DNA of 64,000 nt, from positions 2,240,001 to 2,304,000 of the forward strand of contig OY760937.1 of NCBI GenBank assembly GCA_963664225.1. Reading direction: 5' to 3'. Positions within the stretch are counted from its first letter, which is position 1; each line of letters begins with the position of its first letter. This DNA comes from Verrucomicrobiia bacterium. Lineage in GTDB: Bacteria; Verrucomicrobiota; Verrucomicrobiia; Limisphaerales; UBA1319. The notes beneath the pieces are model-generated. The model worked only from the letters and a program-made list of their open reading frames with translations. It was not told where the DNA came from and made no database searches. Of this stretch, positions 19,870-29,144 are shown one piece after another. Made by a program: the position numbers and the translations under genes.

Positions 19870-21021
19870 TTATGGAAGTGAGGCTGTTTTGGTTTCGCCA
19901 GAAAACTGTCGTGCAAAAGCGAAAAGGTGGTCGGCAATCTCCTGGTTGGATTGTTCTTTTGTTTCCTCGCCTTTGGCGAAACGCTCAAAATGCCGTGCAA
20001 TGATTTTCAGGGACCGAATACCCCGTGTGGAATCAGCGACCATGGCATTGTTAAAGGCGACGTTTAAGGGGGTGAGGGCAATCGCCTCCAGGAGATCAAG
20101 GGCCGCGAGGTGCGCATCAATGCCAACCTTGTCCTGACACGCGGATTCGAAAACCTTCGCATCGCAAGGGCCGCCTCCGAATAGCGCGCCAAACTGGTCC
20201 ACCCTGCGCCTTAAGTTCTCCTCCTCCTCAGCGGGTGAGGCTGCAAACGCCCGCTCGAGGCGCCTGAAAGAGTAATATGCGGCACAGAAATCCCTGTTCT
20301 GAAGGATGTGTTCAAATACCTGCAGCCCGAAGAGGCCCTGGTCGAGCATGAATGGCATGAGGTTCTCGCGGTCGATTTCCGTGCCAAGAATGAACATTGC
20401 CGTAGCAATAAATGACCTGACGTGGGCTTTGTTTCCAGAGAGTTCGTTCACCAAGGCGACACTCTCCTGCTGGGCGATGGACGGAGAAGCGAATCCCATA
20501 AGGTGCTCAAAAAGAGACCGAAAAAGCCTGACGGTCAGCGCCATGTTTCGAACGAGCAGCGGGTTGAGGCTCTGGAGGGCGCTTTCCTGTGCAGAACCCG
20601 GGGACACCCTGGCATCCGACGGTGTGGCGGTCGGACTGGCCCAGCTCGCGGCCAGGGTCTTTACCGCGGTCTGCTGATGGGCCGGGCCTGAGTATGCCGA
20701 TGGCTGAGCGGCCGCTGAGTTTTCAGAATCTCCAGGGTTGACGAGCACATTGAAGAGGACCCGGGTGCCATCGAAAACACGGGCCACATGCGTTGTCACG
20801 GATGGCTCTCCCGAGATCATGATGAACCGTTGCGGGCCGATAAGGGCGGCAATGTTTTGCGGGTCTTTAAACAAGGCATCGTCAATGTCAGCCAGTTTGC
20901 TTATCTCGCCCAGACCTTCCTTGACGCTCCTTTGGCTGGAAGATCCCGCCATCCTCCTCTTCAATTCCGATGTGTTCTCAAGCAATCTGAGAAAGTTATG
21001 CAGTGCTTTAAGTGTTGTCAT
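19870..21021 (-). CDS. Hypothetical protein (383 aa)
   Basis: Long open frame from MTTLKALHNF with a low-complexity S/A/P linker; no family recognised. Confidence 0.6.
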   Translation of the reverse strand: MTTLKALHNFLRLLENTSELKRRMAGSSSQRSVKEGLGEISKLADIDDALFKDPQNIAALIGPQRFIMISGEPSVTTHVARVFDGTRVLFNVLVNPGDSENSAAAQPSAYSGPAHQQTAVKTLAASWASPTATPSDARVSPGSAQESALQSLNPLLVRNMALTVRLFRSLFEHLMGFASPSIAQQESVALVNELSGNKAHVRSFIATAMFILGTEIDRENLMPFMLDQGLFGLQVFEHILQNRDFCAAYYSFRRLERAFAASPAEEEENLRRRVDQFGALFGGGPCDAKVFESACQDKVGIDAHLAALDLLEAIALTPLNVAFNNAMVADSTRGIRSLKIIARHFERFAKGEETKEQSNQEIADHLFAFARQFSGETKTASLP

Positions 21022-21085
21022 GGCGATGCGCTTGTTTTGTTTCCGGGGATAAGGGCGGTGTTTTGCAAATGATCGCCGCCGATTT

Positions 21086-21310
21086 CTATTCGGTATAAAA
21101 CAGGGTGCAGAAAATGACGATGGATGATTCGTCCGTTTTGGGCATGGCATTCGGCTCGGCGGGCGACACCAGAGTGCTCATATGTGTCCTCACCAAATGC
21201 AGATTCGGATGTTCTTCCAGGAATTGGTTGAGCGGCACTTCAAGGGCCGAGACAGGCGACAAGCCTGGGCGCAGCCTTTCCAGATTGATTTCGAATATTT
21301 TTACTTTCAT
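21086..21310 (-). CDS. Small hypothetical protein (possibly Cse60/DUF2758-like)
   Basis: MKVKIF..LE..LNQFL...IFCTLFYTE pattern; GGAGAG RBS. Confidence 0.45.
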   Translation of the reverse strand: MKVKIFEINLERLRPGLSPVSALEVPLNQFLEEHPNLHLVRTHMSTLVSPAEPNAMPKTDESSIVIFCTLFYTE

Positions 21311-21363
21311 GGATTCACTCTCCCCTATTTCGTTTGGACTGGAATGTCGCCGGCATTGAAAGA

Positions 21364-21594
21364 TCAATGTCTGACTGGCCTGATTTCCATCGTAAGAATT
21401 CCCAGTATGGCAGGAATCGCCACAAACGCGGCACCGACTATCACCAACAACGCATGGAAAGCCACAAAGAGCACAAGGCCCAGAGCGAATAGCGCTCCGC
21501 TAACAATCGCCATTGAACGATGCGCCAGCCCCTCCAGTCCAGCCCCCACCATCATGACCAAAAGGATGCGTCTGATGTTTCTAATTGCAGTCAT
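21364..21594 (-). CDS. Small hypothetical membrane protein
   Basis: Highly hydrophobic 76-aa ORF, codirectional with its neighbours. Confidence 0.45.
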   Translation of the reverse strand: MTAIRNIRRILLVMMVGAGLEGLAHRSMAIVSGALFALGLVLFVAFHALLVIVGAAFVAIPAILGILTMEIRPVRH

Positions 21595-21614
21595 AAAGAT
21601 AAATGAAACAGTTT

Positions 21615-22043
21615 TTACCCAACACCCTTCTGCCCAGTCGGAGTGCCGGATCCGCGGCGGGTAAGGCCGCCAAGTTGCAGCTTGTTCTTGACGCGTTCCG
21701 CGCGCTTGAGCTGCCGGGCCTTGACTCGGTGTGCAAGATAACCGGCTGCCTTGAGCAGTGCGGCCTGGATGGTATCGCCGATGGCCTGGGAACGCAGCGC
21801 CCGTCCGCGGAGCAGCAGCAGCGCCTGACGCTTTCGGCGTGTATCCCCGGTGTGAATTCCTGGTCCAGGAACTTCCATCCGGATTTTCACGCTAAATGCC
21901 GGTCTGGCTGCCCGCTGGCGCTCGCGGACCAAGGCTGCGAAAGCAATTGAGATCGGGCTATCCAAATGATTGAGCTGTTTCTCAACATGTTGCTTCCAGG
22001 CGGCCGGAGCGTTGATGCCATTATGGCGAAGCGTGATCTTCAT
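21615..22043 (-). CDS. HPF/RaiA-like ribosome-associated protein
   Basis: MKITLRH.G, VEKQL..L, F.V.I..EVPGP.I, helix TIQAALLKA...L; carries a basic insertion. Confidence 0.55.
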   Translation of the reverse strand: MKITLRHNGINAPAAWKQHVEKQLNHLDSPISIAFAALVRERQRAARPAFSVKIRMEVPGPGIHTGDTRRKRQALLLLRGRALRSQAIGDTIQAALLKAAGYLAHRVKARQLKRAERVKNKLQLGGLTRRGSGTPTGQKGVG

Positions 22044-22217
22044 AGGATGGAGGTCGCAGGGTGTAAAATGGTTTTATTACTTTTGAATATGGCGGATCGA
22101 CACCCGATCACGATGACACAGCCCCACGGGCCGGAGTCTCCTCCGCAAACCAAGTTCATCATTCCCGCGGAGAATGGAGTCCGAGAATACCTTGCGAATG
22201 CCGGGCATGCTGCCCGA

Positions 22218-22424
22218 TCAACCTTCCTTGGAGCCGCGAAACGTGCCGAAGAGTCCCAACATTGCCAGGATGATGCCTCCGATAAGCATCCAGACAGCCT
22301 TATCAGTGGGTGACCCGGTAAAGAACCGGGAAACGTCGGAGCTGAAAGAGTTCGTGGCATTGATCCCAAAGATCATGAGGACGATGCCGCCGATGAGCAG
22401 TGCCACGGAAATGGGTTTATTCAT
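22218..22424 (-). CDS. DUF3185-family membrane protein
   Basis: GIVLMIFG..A..SFSSDVSRFFTGSPTDKAVWMLIGG signature. Confidence 0.85.
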   Translation of the reverse strand: MNKPISVALLIGGIVLMIFGINATNSFSSDVSRFFTGSPTDKAVWMLIGGIILAMLGLFGTFRGSKEG

Positions 22425-22485
22425 AGGATTCGCGTGAAATTGTGTTTGTGATTGGCGGGCTTGCGCTGAGTTTCTGATCCAGCGG

Positions 22486-22635
22486 TCATACGCGTCCGCG
22501 ACCGGAAATGAAGCTGGCCAGTATCAAGACTACAGCCACCACCAGGAGGATGTGAATGAATCCACCGATCGTGTAACTGCTTACAAGACCCAGCAGCCAC
22601 AGAACCAGGAGTATTACGGCAATTGTGTATATCAT
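22486..22635 (-). CDS. lmo0937-family small membrane protein
   Basis: MIYTIAVILLVLWLLGLVSSYTIGGFIHILLVVAVV signature; GAGGA RBS. Confidence 0.88.
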   Translation of the reverse strand: MIYTIAVILLVLWLLGLVSSYTIGGFIHILLVVAVVLILASFISGRGRV

Positions 22636-22830
22636 AGCAGTTTTCCTCGAATTAGTTTTGTCAGATTGGCTGGGTGGCGCGTTTTCCCGCGTCAACCCAC
22701 ATTGAGTTTTCTGGCGATTGTGCCGCCGCCACTAAACAGTCAGCAGATATTTTGATTGTTATCATCTGGACACAGAGCGTCTTGCCGTCAGGCACATGCC
22801 CTGGTGAGCAATGTCGATGCGTCACACATT

Positions 22831-22974
22831 TCACTTCGTGCCTTCCTGAATTCCCTGTCCGGCTTTCTCGACATCCTTGCCAAATCCGTTGGCTGTCTGA
22901 CAGCCGGAGCCAAGGACGGCCAGGAAAGCGGCAACGAGCAAAAGGAGAACCGTTTTTGTGAAAGCAAAGCTCAT
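22831..22974 (-). CDS. Entericidin EcnA/B-family lipoprotein (47 aa, not in ORF track)
   Basis: MSFAFTKTVLLLLVAAFLAVLGSGCQTANGFGKDVEKAGQGIQEGTK*: lipobox GSGC plus C.T..G.GKD....G..I pattern. Confidence 0.82.
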   Translation of the reverse strand: MSFAFTKTVLLLLVAAFLAVLGSGCQTANGFGKDVEKAGQGIQEGTK

Positions 22975-23010
22975 AGGACAGTCAGTATTGGTTGCGATTT
23001 CACAAAGCCT

Positions 23011-23487
23011 TTATGGCGCAATTTTCTCGCTCAGCCATTGACGAGACTGCTGGAAACCATCCTTCAATGATTCATAGGCTTTTTTGCTGGTGCTTTTAAC
23101 GGAGTCCCATGTGGACTCGGTGGCGTCGTTGACGGCGTCCAGTTGTTTGGTCAATTGGGCGGCCTGTTCGCGCAGAGCCTGAAGCTTGGGTTTGGCTTCG
23201 GCTTTGACTTCGTCCTTGGATTTTTCGATTTTAGCTTCGAGGTCATCCATGTCCTTGTTGATCTCAGCCAACTGCGCCTTCATTTTTTCGCTGAATTCGG
23301 CTTTTTGCGCAAAAGTGTAATCCTTCATGTCCTGCGCGGCGACTTTCACATCGGCTTTGACCTTATCCAGCTGTTGGGACGTGGTGGGAGCCTTGTCGAT
23401 CGGGGGAGCCGAGGTTTGTTTGTTATCGCAGCCGACTGCAAAAGCGGCGACGCAAAGCATCGTGAGTGTTATTGTTTTGTGTTTCAT
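23011..23487 (-). CDS. Helical coiled-coil lipoprotein (stress-cluster type)
   Basis: Lipobox AVGC; K/E/A-rich amphipathic helices (YTFAQKAEF, ATESTWDSVK). Confidence 0.7.
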   Translation of the reverse strand: MKHKTITLTMLCVAAFAVGCDNKQTSAPPIDKAPTTSQQLDKVKADVKVAAQDMKDYTFAQKAEFSEKMKAQLAEINKDMDDLEAKIEKSKDEVKAEAKPKLQALREQAAQLTKQLDAVNDATESTWDSVKSTSKKAYESLKDGFQQSRQWLSEKIAP

Positions 23488-23566
23488 AGCGTGATCTTGG
23501 ATTGTCTTTGAGTTGTTGGTTCGCATGCCAACTGTGTGAAGGTAGGCCATCTGAAGACCCTGTGCA

Positions 23567-23583
23567 ATGGGGTGTAACCCTAC
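23567..23583 (-). promoter_or_regulatory. Palindromic regulon box 1
   Basis: Minus strand GTAGGGTTACACCCCAT, then TTGCAC-N17-TACCTT, upstream of the lipoprotein/small-protein cluster. Confidence 0.75.
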
Positions 23584-23619
23584 CGGGGGCATTCCTGGAA
23601 TCGCCAGAAATCGGGAAGC

Positions 23620-25098
23620 TCACAATCCCAGCACCTTGCACGTTTTTCGAAAGTGGTAGCCGTAGATGGAAAGGGTTACGGCCTGCTGGAACAAGCCGGG
23701 GCGGCGGAAGGATGTCCAAAGCAACAAATACCAATACTGAAAGCGTTCACGCCCAAAAATGCCGAGTTGAAGACAGGCTTGAAGAAAGGCCATGACATAC
23801 CGCCAATTCAACGAATCGGAGGTTTGTGGCCGCTTGTACTCGCGCAGAAAGGTGCGAATCCTTTTATAATAAGGCCCCGGCGCATAAAGGTAATCCATGA
23901 GGCTCCGGTAGCCTTCTCGCAACTTGTCATGGCTCATGCGCGGACGAAAGTTGGTTGTTCCATCCAGGTTATTGCCGGTGGAATGCCCAATTAGGCGGCC
24001 CTCCATGTTCAACCTCTGGTGAAGTTTCGTGCCGGGCAACGCCTGCAATATGCCGACCATGGCCGTGACGATGCCGCTTTTCTGAATGAACTCGATCTGA
24101 CGCGCAAAGGTCGTGGGTGTGTCGCTATCAAACCCAACGATGAATCCGCCCTGGACCTCCAATCCCGTTCGCTGGATGCGTTTTACATCGGCGATCAGGT
24201 TGCGCTTCTGGTTCTGGCGTTTGTTGCACTCCGCCAGACCGGCCTCTTCCGGTGTCTCGATACCGATAAAAACCTGGTTGAACCCGGCTTCCACCATGAG
24301 GCACATCAGTTCCTGATCGTCCGCCAGATTGATGGATGCCTCAGTTGAAAACTGCGTGCCGCGATTTCCTTTGTGCCATTGGGCCAGTGCAGGCAGCAAT
24401 TCCTCTTTCAGCTCCCGTTTGTTACCGATGAAATTATCGTCCACGAAAAAGACATTGCCGCGCCAGCCAGCCCGGTGAAGGCCGTCCAACTCGGCGATCA
24501 CCTGAGCTGTTGTCTTGGTGCGCGGACGATGCCCGAACATCGCGGTGATGTTGCAGAACTCGCAGTCGAACGGGCAGCCGCGGGAAAACTGCACGCACAT
24601 CGAAGCATAACATCTCAAGTCCGCCAGGTTCCATAATGGCGCTGGTGTATTGCGGATGTCAGGAAACTCAGAGGCCGTATAAGTGCGCCGCGCGCCGCCG
24701 CATGCGAAGTCCCGCAGAAAATCCGGAAGAGTCACCTCGGCCTCGTTCAGAACGAAATGATCCACTTCGGGAAACCGTTCATATTCAAGAGTGAACAGCG
24801 GGCCCCCCGCCACGATCCTCTTGCCCGCCGTGTGGCAGCGTCCGATCAACTCGCGCGCCGAGTCCTGCTGGACAATCATGCCGCTGATAAAAACGATGTC
24901 GGCCCAATCGAGATCCTTTTCGTGGAGTTTGCGCACATTAACGTCAACGAGTCGTTTCTCCCAATCGGGTGGCAGCATTGCAGCCACGGTGAGCAGACCC
25001 AGGGGCGGCAGCGAGGCTTTCTTGTGAATGAATTTCAACGCGTGTTTAAAACTCCAGAAAGTGTCGGGGAACTCCGGGTATAGCAGCAAGACCTTCAC
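23620..25098 (-). CDS. B12-binding radical SAM protein with DUF4070-type C-terminus
   Basis: PPLGLLTVAA B12-binding start, GGP, SRGCPFDCEFC (CxxxCxxC), FVDDNFIGN, GFIVGFDSD. Confidence 0.88.
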   Translation of the reverse strand: MKVLLLYPEFPDTFWSFKHALKFIHKKASLPPLGLLTVAAMLPPDWEKRLVDVNVRKLHEKDLDWADIVFISGMIVQQDSARELIGRCHTAGKRIVAGGPLFTLEYERFPEVDHFVLNEAEVTLPDFLRDFACGGARRTYTASEFPDIRNTPAPLWNLADLRCYASMCVQFSRGCPFDCEFCNITAMFGHRPRTKTTAQVIAELDGLHRAGWRGNVFFVDDNFIGNKRELKEELLPALAQWHKGNRGTQFSTEASINLADDQELMCLMVEAGFNQVFIGIETPEEAGLAECNKRQNQKRNLIADVKRIQRTGLEVQGGFIVGFDSDTPTTFARQIEFIQKSGIVTAMVGILQALPGTKLHQRLNMEGRLIGHSTGNNLDGTTNFRPRMSHDKLREGYRSLMDYLYAPGPYYKRIRTFLREYKRPQTSDSLNWRYVMAFLQACLQLGIFGRERFQYWYLLLWTSFRRPGLFQQAVTLSIYGYHFRKTCKVLGL

Positions 25099-25133
25099 TG
25101 GCTATAATAGTGCTTCAGAAAAATCCGTTCGCC

Positions 25134-25151
25134 ATGGGGTGTTTACCCCAT
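25134..25151 (-). promoter_or_regulatory. Palindromic regulon box 2
   Basis: Minus strand ATGGGGTAAACACCCCAT, TATTAT 24 nt downstream, GTG of the radical SAM gene 5 nt later (leaderless). Confidence 0.75.
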
Positions 25152-25529
25152 ATACATGGGAATGAAATTATCCGATGTTTGCTTTGAATCGGCGGCTTGC
25201 GGTTGCGCGGCAAAGCAATTCGGAAAACTGCGTCGGAGATTTCATGGCCACAGGAAACAAGGATTGACCGGCCTGGCAAAACGGCATGGGACAGCGCTGC
25301 GAATACTCTGAAGCGGGGTGCGGGTGTACATGTTCGAGTTCAAGCAAAAGGCCTGGAGCCATAAGGAGCCACAGGAATTAAATCGCCAATACCCGGCAAC
25401 AGGTGGTAAGGTTGAGATGGTTCGTTATGCTAGTCTGGAGTCTGAGCGAGGTTCTGGCTTTGAAATTCTGCTGCCAAGAGGAACAGAACCCAGACGACGG
25501 AGTTCGTTAAAAAGACAACTTGGAAATTT

Positions 25530-26207
25530 ATGAAACGAATCACTGTTTTGGTCGCGGAGGATCACATGATTGTACGCGAGGGATTTCGCAAAATTCTTGA
25601 ACTGGAAAACGATCTTGAAGTCGTTGGCGAAGCCCAGGACGGGCGCCAGGCTGTTGTCTTGACCAAACAACTTCACCCCGCAGTGGTATTGATGGACATT
25701 GCGATGCCCCTGCTCAATGGTTTGGAAGCCACCCGACAGTTGCTCAAAAGCGAGCCTTCCACCAAAGTGCTCATTCTCTCCGCACACAGCGATGACGCAT
25801 ATGTCCAAAAGGCAATCGAATCGGGCGCCGCGGGATTCTTGCTGAAACACACTTCATCCCATGAAGTGTGCCAGGCGATTCGGGAGGTGCATAATGGAAA
25901 ACGATTTTTCAGTCCCTCCATTACCAAACGTCTCGGAGGTTTCAATATGAAATCGGACGGCCACACGGAATCGCCTGATAGGAAGTCCGCATTGCTGACC
26001 TCGCGAGAGATGGAAGTGCTCCAACTGATTGCCGAAGGCAAGGCCAACAAGGAAACCGCATCGGAGTTGGGAATCAGCATTAAAACCGTCGAAAAACATC
26101 GTGAGAAACTCATGAGCAAGCTTAACATTCATGACACCGCCGGACTTACCCGCTACGCCATAGGCGCAGGCATCATTGAAAGCAGCGTCCAATTAACCAT
26201 CGTGTGA
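25530..26207 (+). CDS. NarL/FixJ-family DNA-binding response regulator
   Basis: REC domain (AEDH, LMDIAMP, LSAH, FLLK) plus LuxR HTH (LTSREMEVLQLIAEG..NKE.A.EL.ISIKTVEKHR). Confidence 0.95.
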   Translation: MKRITVLVAEDHMIVREGFRKILELENDLEVVGEAQDGRQAVVLTKQLHPAVVLMDIAMPLLNGLEATRQLLKSEPSTKVLILSAHSDDAYVQKAIESGAAGFLLKHTSSHEVCQAIREVHNGKRFFSPSITKRLGGFNMKSDGHTESPDRKSALLTSREMEVLQLIAEGKANKETASELGISIKTVEKHREKLMSKLNIHDTAGLTRYAIGAGIIESSVQLTIV

Positions 26208-26313
26208 CGTCGGACGGTGTTGCAGTTTAATGGCTTACTCTGACTGGTCCAGGACGTCGGCGCACTGCCACCTGTGGCTTGTTGTCGCTAATCGTTATCG
26301 TCAAGAATCTCCA

Positions 26314-26331
26314 ATAGGGTGTACACCCCAT
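26314..26331 (+). promoter_or_regulatory. Palindromic regulon box 3
   Basis: ATAGGGTGTACACCCCAT, TAGTTT 23 nt downstream, ATG 26369 8 nt later. Confidence 0.75.
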
Positions 26332-26368
26332 GGTGCGGGCATGGTTTATCGGTTTAGTTTAACATGCG

Positions 26369-26878
26369 ATGAATATTATTCACGGGTTACCAGTGTGCGA
26401 ATCGGTCGGCAAGCGAGTGGATCCCCAAGCGAAGCTTCCTTATCGGGTTCTTGTGGTGGAAGACGACATTGATATCCGACTCATCGACGCCGAGGTACTG
26501 CAGCGATCGGGTTACCTTGTGGATACCGCTGAAGATGGCGAAGCAGGTTGGAAGGCGCTTCATGAGGCCACGAATACCCCGAACTGCTACCACCTCCTGA
26601 TCACGGATTGCAACATGCCACGATTGACAGGGCTGGACCTGATTAAAAGGCTTCGCGCCGCCCATATCAAAATGCCAGTGATCATGGCCACGGGAACCTT
26701 TCCAGAAGAGGAATTCAACCGACTTCACTGGCTACAGCCCGCCGCCCTGCTCCTGAAGCCATATTCGATCAGTGAACTGATAGACACGGCAGGTGAAATG
26801 CTGTTTGCAGATTCTGCCAACGGCAAGCAGGCTGCGCGCCTGCAAAAGTACCATAGCCCACTTTCATCCCCTCTTTGA
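26369..26878 (+). CDS. Single-domain response regulator (receiver)
   Basis: VLVVEDD, LLITDCNMP, MATG, LLKPY. Confidence 0.85.
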   Translation: MNIIHGLPVCESVGKRVDPQAKLPYRVLVVEDDIDIRLIDAEVLQRSGYLVDTAEDGEAGWKALHEATNTPNCYHLLITDCNMPRLTGLDLIKRLRAAHIKMPVIMATGTFPEEEFNRLHWLQPAALLLKPYSISELIDTAGEMLFADSANGKQAARLQKYHSPLSSPL

Positions 26879-26938
26879 GATGAGGTTGCCCGCGCCCAGC
26901 AGGGATTTTTTGCTCGATTCGCTCATTTCCCACTCTCC

Positions 26939-28603
26939 ATGAATGTCAATGACTTTCGAAAAACGGATCGCCTGCTATCGCCTGCGGATTTTTCAGGCAA
27001 TGTAACCACTCGTGACGGATTCGCTAAAAAGGAGGATCGAGATGCGCATGCGGCCCCGACTGACCTTGAGATCGTGCAGACGTTGCGCGCTTCAGAACTA
27101 AGTTATCGGCGGTTATTCGAGGCCGCGAAGGATGGCATCCTGATTCTGGACGTTGATTCAGGACGCATCGACGATGCAAATCCGTTCCTATGCAAACTAT
27201 TGGGATTTTTGCGCAGTGAAATGCTCGGCAAAACTGTTGGCGAGCTAAGTCCTTTCAAAGACATCGAGTCCAATCAGGCCATGTTGGAGCAACTTCAGCA
27301 ATACGGGTATGTGCGATATGAAGACCTGCCACTGGAAACAAGAGATGGCCGGCACATTGCCGTGGAATTTGTCTGCAACGTGTATCAAGCCGGTGATCGC
27401 AATGTGATCCAATGCAATATTCGCGACATCACGGAGCGCAAGCGAATCGACAAACAAATCAAGGACTCTTACAAGGAAATCGGCGATTTAAAATCCGCAA
27501 TGGATCAGCACGCCATCGTGGCCATCACCAATCCGCAAGGAATGATCACCTATGTAAATGAAAAGTTCTGCGTGATCTCCAAATACCCACGCGCGGAACT
27601 GTTGGGAAAAGACCACCGCATCGTCAATTCCGGGTTTCATTCGAAAGAATTCATCCGCGAACTATGGACCACAATATCCAGCGGGAAAGTGTGGAAAGGT
27701 GAAATCAGGAACAAGGCAAAGGATGGCTCGTTTTATTGGGTGGATACGACCATTGTTCCGTTCCTGAACGAGCAGGGCCAGCCGCGTCAGTACGTGGCGA
27801 TTCGCACCGACATCACGGTGCGCAAGAGGGCAGAAGAGGAAATCCTCCAGCTCAATGCGGCGCTGGAACAACGTGTTCTCGAGAGAACTGCTCAACTTGA
27901 GACCGTCAACGCTGAACTGGAGGCCTTCAGTTATTCGGTCTCTCACGATTTGCGCGCGCCCCTGCGCCATATCATGGGATTTGTGGAACTGCTGCAAATA
28001 GAAGCCAGGCCCGCGCTATCTGAAGCCAATCTTCACCGTCTGACGACGATCGCCATGTCCGCAAAGCGGATGGGAACATTGATTGACGACCTTCTCGCCT
28101 TCTCGCATGCTGGAAAAACCACCATTCAAAAGGTTCAAGTCGATCTCAATCGGTTGGTCCAGGAGGTAGCGGACGATTTTAAGGCGGAGGCCAATGGGCG
28201 GAGCATTGAATGGAAATTGAACCCTTTGCCTCCAGTGCATGCCGACCGGACATTGCTGCGCATGGTGCTGGTCAATCTCATTTCCAATGCGGTGAAGTTC
28301 ACCAGCGGGCGCTCCACCGCCAAAATTGAAATTGGCTGCGTTCCGAATGAAAAGAACGAAACAGTCATCTTCATTCGCGATAACGGAGCTGGTTTCGATC
28401 CTCACTATACCGACAAACTCTTCGGTGTGTTTCAACGCCTGCACAGTCAGGACGAGTTCGAGGGTACAGGCATCGGGTTGGCCAATGTCCAGCGCATCAT
28501 TCATCGGCACGGCGGCCGGACATGGGCGGAAGGTGCGGTGGACGACGGCGCGACATTCTTCTTTTCAATCCCGGCTTTCACCAAAACCATCGATGGGCGC
28601 TGA
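26939..28603 (+). CDS. PAS-PAS sensor histidine kinase
   Basis: Two PAS/PAC domains, FSYSVSHDLRAPL H-box, NLISNAVKF, DNGAGF, FQRLH, GTGIGLA. Confidence 0.92.
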   Translation: MNVNDFRKTDRLLSPADFSGNVTTRDGFAKKEDRDAHAAPTDLEIVQTLRASELSYRRLFEAAKDGILILDVDSGRIDDANPFLCKLLGFLRSEMLGKTVGELSPFKDIESNQAMLEQLQQYGYVRYEDLPLETRDGRHIAVEFVCNVYQAGDRNVIQCNIRDITERKRIDKQIKDSYKEIGDLKSAMDQHAIVAITNPQGMITYVNEKFCVISKYPRAELLGKDHRIVNSGFHSKEFIRELWTTISSGKVWKGEIRNKAKDGSFYWVDTTIVPFLNEQGQPRQYVAIRTDITVRKRAEEEILQLNAALEQRVLERTAQLETVNAELEAFSYSVSHDLRAPLRHIMGFVELLQIEARPALSEANLHRLTTIAMSAKRMGTLIDDLLAFSHAGKTTIQKVQVDLNRLVQEVADDFKAEANGRSIEWKLNPLPPVHADRTLLRMVLVNLISNAVKFTSGRSTAKIEIGCVPNEKNETVIFIRDNGAGFDPHYTDKLFGVFQRLHSQDEFEGTGIGLANVQRIIHRHGGRTWAEGAVDDGATFFFSIPAFTKTIDGR

Positions 28604-29144
28604 ACTTACAGGTTCCAAGGACATTCTTTTGGTCGATGACGATAAACAGGATGTGGAGCTTGCGCTTTCTGCACTGGAAGAGGGCCATATGGCAACCAGG
28701 GTTGCGGTGGTGAGCGACGGTGCGGAGGCGCTGGATTATCTTTGTCGGCGTGGGATGTATAAAGCACGCTCAAAGGGCAATCCCATTGTGGTGCTCCTCG
28801 ACCTCAAGATGCCAAAAGTCAACGGGTTGGAGGTTTTGGAGTTCATAAAGTGCGACCCTTATTTGAAGGTCATACCCGTGGTCATGCTCTCCTCCTCCCG
28901 CGAGGAACGAGACCTGATGGAGTGTTACAACAGCGGGGGAAATGCATTCGTGGTGAAGCCTGTGGATTTCGCTGAGTTCAAGAATGCGGTTAAGCAAATC
29001 GGCATCTTCTGGACGCAAATCAACGAGCCGCCGCCGACTGCAGAAATTGCAGAAACTCCGGCCCAAATCGGTAAATGCACTTCACCGGAAAGGAGGGAGG
29101 CTGGCATTGAAAACCCCACTTCACATCCTGCACCTGGAGGATGA
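28593..29144 (+). CDS. Rcp1-like single-domain response regulator
   Basis: ILLVDD, LLDLKMPKVNG, IPVVMLSSS, NAFVVKPVDF, FW..INEPP; overlaps the kinase stop. Confidence 0.88.
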   Translation: MGAELTGSKDILLVDDDKQDVELALSALEEGHMATRVAVVSDGAEALDYLCRRGMYKARSKGNPIVVLLDLKMPKVNGLEVLEFIKCDPYLKVIPVVMLSSSREERDLMECYNSGGNAFVVKPVDFAEFKNAVKQIGIFWTQINEPPPTAEIAETPAQIGKCTSPERREAGIENPTSHPAPGG

